Under the pieces are notes generated by a model. The model saw only the letters and a program-made list of their open reading frames with translations. It was not told the DNA's origin and did no database searches. Shown piece after piece: positions 61,402 to 64,000 of a DNA stretch of 64,000 bases; the first letter of the stretch is position 1; every line of letters begins with the position of its first letter. Both the position numbers and the translations under genes were made by a program. This DNA is from Magallana gigas (taxonomy: Eukaryota), in assembly GCF_963853765.1 (NCBI RefSeq), contig NC_088861.1:26350001-26414000 (forward strand), written 5' to 3'.

Positions 61402-63271
61402 CGTAAACGTAAACAGATCTGCGAATTTTCAACATGTCAGGCCAACGTCTACGGTTTGTTCATCTGAATTCAGATAAACTCGATAGTTTAATTGATAAAA
61501 AAAAATCCCCCAAACACGACAAAAGTGATAAACTCAAGCGTGAGTGTTTTAAAAACATTTTCCTCCGCCTTGTGAATTAAATAAATATGTTGATAACCCG
61601 AGTTTGATTTGTTTAAAAATGTTATATAACATATATTACATGTCTTCTCAGGCGACAATACCAGAATATTTGCCCCCAGGTGACAGGAAAGCCCTGGAGT
61701 GTTATGTCGCCCGATGCCGATATATATATATATATTTACAGGAGAATGGTATTTCCTGTAGAAATTTAATTCAGACAGGTAGTTTTCCTCTTGGAAATTC
61801 AGAATTCCTACATGATTTTATCAAATCCTATCGAAATTAAAATTCCTATAAGAAGTTCGTGTATTCCGATAGAAAATTTATAATTTCTTATAGGAATATT
61901 CCTTTTACATTGTTTATGAATTCTGGAACACAGCATTTATTTAGTTCACTAATTATACTATTATTCCACAATATGACGTTTCCGAAATTCCGATGGCGAA
62001 TATGCCAAAAAAGTGAAAATGTAAAATTCATTGCTTATAAAATATATAAATACAAAATGTACTGTACATTTGTAGAATTGAATCTCTGCAAGAAACTGAA
62101 ATAAATGTGTGTAAAAGTGTCAAAAATGCTCTTATTCAATATTCTTCTATGTTACGTCTTATGAAATGTGACAAACAACGTCTTTTCTCAAAATTTGCTG
62201 ATACATTGTGATATATACATGTACTTACAAGTTTTAAATTTGTAATTCCATAAAGTACTTTGAGAGAACAGTCTCATGTAGCATCGTCCACTGGGAGTGT
62301 TTGGACTTTTTGTGTTGTAAGGACCCTGGTGGACCATAATTGTCAAATAGTATCAGAGTACTTCTATTTTATATATATTTATATATATACTTATACAATG
62401 CAATTGTTTGTTAAAATACAATTTATCCAATATACAGTATGTATATTCATTGTTTGAAAACAAAATATATTCGACTTAATATACAAGATATCTATGTATT
62501 AATCGTCAAATCTAGATTTATGTTTTCCTAACTTATTCCTGTATTGTTTATGAATTATTGTTATCTGTATAAAAACTGAATAATAAATATTATAAAAAAA
62601 AATCATTGCACATTTAACTATAAATATACGTGTATTTTATTTCTTAGGCGATTTCACAAAATTAAATTATAAATGAACTAAACAATATTCCATTGTTAAT
62701 TTAGTTTTATGTCAGACGTTATTGAACTCGCGAGCGCGAAAAAAAAAACTTAAACAATATTCCAACGTTAATTTAATATTATTTCAAATGTTATTCAACT
62801 CGGGAACAAGACCACTATGAAAACGCTTTTAAAAGCCATACGATCATTTTTGTTTAAAAATTCCAAATCGCAAAACGGGTTTTATCATGTCAATTACACT
62901 GAGATTTCTCTTTTGAGTTAAGGATGTATTTGAGTACCTTCATAAAGATGATGAGATGAAGGATGTTTATACAACCAAATAAGCTAACCTATCCTGGTGG
63001 ACCTTCCTTCCAGCCCCTCTGACTTGGACATTTCATTTGTGAACGAGTTGATCACTTCCCTCTGGAAATCATCACAACATTCAAAGAAGATATCCTTTAC
63101 AGATGTGCGTAATGCAACAGTAACATTGGTAGAATTTCTTTGATGCATTTTGATAATTCACATCTCGGATGTGTTAAGGAAGCATTTGGAATCTGAATTA
63201 CATGTTATTTCGTGAAATCACAAATCTTAGTTATTATGTTTATATTCAAATATTAAAGCAAAGAAATAAGG

Positions 63272-63420
63272 AATAAGGAATCATTTTTTGAGTATTATGA
63301 GGTGATTATTTTGGTCGGGGCGTGATCAAATCCAATAAAGCCTGAAGGGCTTTATGATAGATTTGATCACGCCCCGACCGAAATTATCACCTCATAATAT
63401 TCAAAAAATGATTCCTTATT
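63272..63420. repeat. About 150-bp near-perfect palindrome
   Basis: AATAAGGAATCATTTTTTGAGTATTATGAGGTG...GCCTGAAGGGC...CACCTCATAATATTCAAAAAATGATTCCTTATT. Confidence 0.9.
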
Positions 63421-64000
63421 ACTTGTATTTATATAATTTTAGGCCATCGTACGATTAAATATAAATAAACAAACTCCGCTGGCGCCTCGATTTGGCGTCA
63501 TTTGTATTATGAGTTATATCGTACAAAATCGATACGTAGTGTTATCACAGACAAAGACACTGGATAATGTAAATATACGTTGATCAAAAACAAAAGAATA
63601 GTGTATGCAATTTTTTCACAAAATAGATAGAATTACGTAAATTTACACATTGGTGACGTTATGACTAAAAGTTGAATGCCGTGTAAATTTCATCGGAACA
63701 CATAGTAAACAAATTCAAAATATAAGTAATTTAAGAATTCTAATTAAGTATTTTGGTGTGATTTATTTAAAATTGAACAAAAGAATACGGAGAGAGATGT
63801 TAGTTTTATCAATTATTCGCTATAAGTTATGTAAATCTGCTATAGGTTTTATTTCTCGACCAGGCTTTCTTCTGTCGTCGTTTATGATAAAAAAAAATCC
63901 GACTAGGACAACACTACCCCGTTTATATTGAACTTCAAATTTTACATCTATCGATCGATAGTTTAATCAATGCTTAAATTGAAAAGTGCTGCTAGAATCC

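Noticed and set aside
61161-61406. ORF ending in IYIYIY
   Set aside because: Hairpin plus (TA)n microsatellite translation.

Overview
AT-rich eukaryotic genomic DNA, most likely bivalve (oyster-like; inferred from the repeat families). The first 20 kb is a nest of mobile DNA. (i) The 3' two-thirds of a Ty3/Gypsy LTR retrotransposon (gag, protease, RT-RNaseH-integrase, PPT, 1.2-kb 3' LTR) with a candidate -1 frameshift signal. (ii) An AcademH-type DNA transposon whose intron-containing DUF6589-like transposase (+) and RecQ-like helicase (-) genes converge and look intact. (iii) Directly abutting its probable right end, a stop-free C-terminal fragment of a nanovirus/alphasatellite-like CRESS-DNA Rep helicase, followed by three iteron-like repeats and a nested GC-rich hairpin resembling a rolling-circle origin. 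This is the most unusual feature of the window. (iv) hAT, zinc-finger and second Gypsy relics. The only clear host gene is an intact-looking class B1 (secretin-family) GPCR on the minus strand (12 exons traced, 31.5-46.5 kb, one GC-AG intron). The rest is intronic/intergenic DNA with Helentron-type non-autonomous elements, MITEs, a tRNA-derived SINE, long hairpins and microsatellites. All calls come from reading motifs by eye; no database search was run.
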